Shown piece by piece: positions 62,817-64,000 of a stretch of DNA of 64,000 nt. The notes beneath the pieces are model-generated. The model was not told where the DNA came from. It saw only the letters and a program-made list of their open reading frames with translations, and made no database searches. The DNA comes from Malacoraja senta (Eukaryota). The DNA is taken from contig CM075978.1 in assembly GCA_038087875.1 (NCBI GenBank), positions 137,640,001 through 137,704,000 of the forward strand, given 5' to 3'. A program made the position numbers and the translations under genes. Each line of letters starts with the position of its first letter. Position 1 is the first letter of the stretch.

Positions 62817-62985
62817 AGAAACATAGAAACATAGAAAATAAGTGCAGGAGTAGGCCATTCGGCCCTTCGAGCCAGCACCGCCATTCAATATGATCATGGC
62901 TGATCATGCAAAATCAGTACCCTGTTCCTGCTTTTCCACCATATCCCTTGATTCCGTTAGTCCTAAGAGCTATATCTAACTCTAT
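62817..62985 (-). mobile_element. CR1 3' end
   Basis: (TAGAAACA)n followed by sequence matching 5486-5650. Confidence 0.85.
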
Positions 62986-63664
62986 TAACTCTGTTATTTC
63001 ATTAACCGAACAACAACATTTTGTTATTAACTATTTTCTGTTTCTGGAGTTTCTTTGCCTTCCATCCTGTTCCTCTCCCCCCCCGCCCCCCCCAAGCTGG
63101 TTTATCAATTTATAAAACAGAGGCATTCACAAAAATCACATATGCGAGAAATTCAGTTAACAGTAAACAACTGAATGAATATAAAGACATTGAAGTAATC
63201 TGTGGTTTGACGTGCAAGGACTCAGGAATACAAAAACTGGTGGATTCAATCAGATAAATAGAACGCCGTCAGATCTGAACTGTCCTTGAAATACTGTTGT
63301 ACACAGAACAAGCTGATTGAGCCCATACCAAAACATATTGACATGAAAGTTCCCCGAATCCAGCAATTCCACCCACTATTATCTCCAATGCCACTCTAAG
63401 GCCTCACTAGGAGGGCAAAATTATGTGTCTGGGGACAGGTGACCACGTGCATTTTATTGCACCCATCTGCCATGTTCCAGTAGAGGTTGTGCTGACCTCC
63501 CATTTGAAAACAGAGAGGTATGGCATCAGGGCTTCCTTTCTTGAACACATGCACTACTAAATGTTTTTCAAGGAAGTAATCCAGGTTGCATTTATAATAT
63601 TTTCAGTAGCTGAGCTAGCTTGTCATATGTTTTTATTGTACTGGCTGCTCCTACAAATTACAGT

Positions 63665-64000
63665 ATGAAGAAGGGTCCTGACTTGAAACATCACCTATCC
63701 ATGTCCTGCATAGATGCTGTCTGATCCACTGTGTTACTCTTGCGTTTTTGTGTTCTACGCAAGATTCCACTATCTGCAGTTCCTTGGGTCTCCTTGTTAC
63801 AACTGTACAAGCCGTTGGTGAGACTATACCTGGACTATTCTGTGCAGTTCAGGGCATCGGCTGGAAAGGGTGCAGAGAAGATTCATGAGGATTTACCTGG
63901 AATTGAAGGGCCTAAGTTATAAGGAGAGGCTGGACAGGCTGGGGCTGATTACACTGGAGTATGCGTAGTTGAGGAGTAATCTTACGTAAAATCATGAAGA
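63665..64000 (+). mobile_element. pLTR repeat followed by CR1 RT-tail fragment
   Basis: TGAAGAAGGGTCCTGACTTGAAAC; LQLYKPLVRLYLDYSVQF. Confidence 0.7.

Overview
Eukaryotic, repeat-rich non-coding DNA (intron or intergenic), with one assembly gap at 14334-15170. The repeat set (HE1-type V-SINEs, abundant CR1, Penelope pLTR repeats) suggests a cartilaginous fish, probably a skate or ray; this is an inference. I recognise no host protein-coding gene. The long ORFs are decayed transposon ORFs or low-complexity artefacts. Three nested clusters could be resolved to the base. (1) A long minus-strand CR1 (esterase ORF1, APE, RT) is split by a full-length DIRS1-like tyrosine-recombinase retrotransposon (ITRs, ICR, RT/RNaseH, methyltransferase-like domain, YR) and by a second CR1. 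(2) An RTE LINE contains a non-autonomous hAT element, which itself holds a CR1 and a ~700-bp palindrome. (3) An internally deleted Gypsy element with TG..AA LTRs and a tRNA-Leu PBS sits in an old CR1. Also present: an IR/DR-type Tc1, a non-autonomous Helitron, a truncated L1 and an AFC-like CORE-SINE. The most interesting signals are a family of short hammerhead-motif Penelope-derived repeats that insert with 14-15-bp TSDs, and a four-copy GC-rich retroposon family with no tRNA head. A TE-poor island at about 53.3-57.0 kb may be regulatory.
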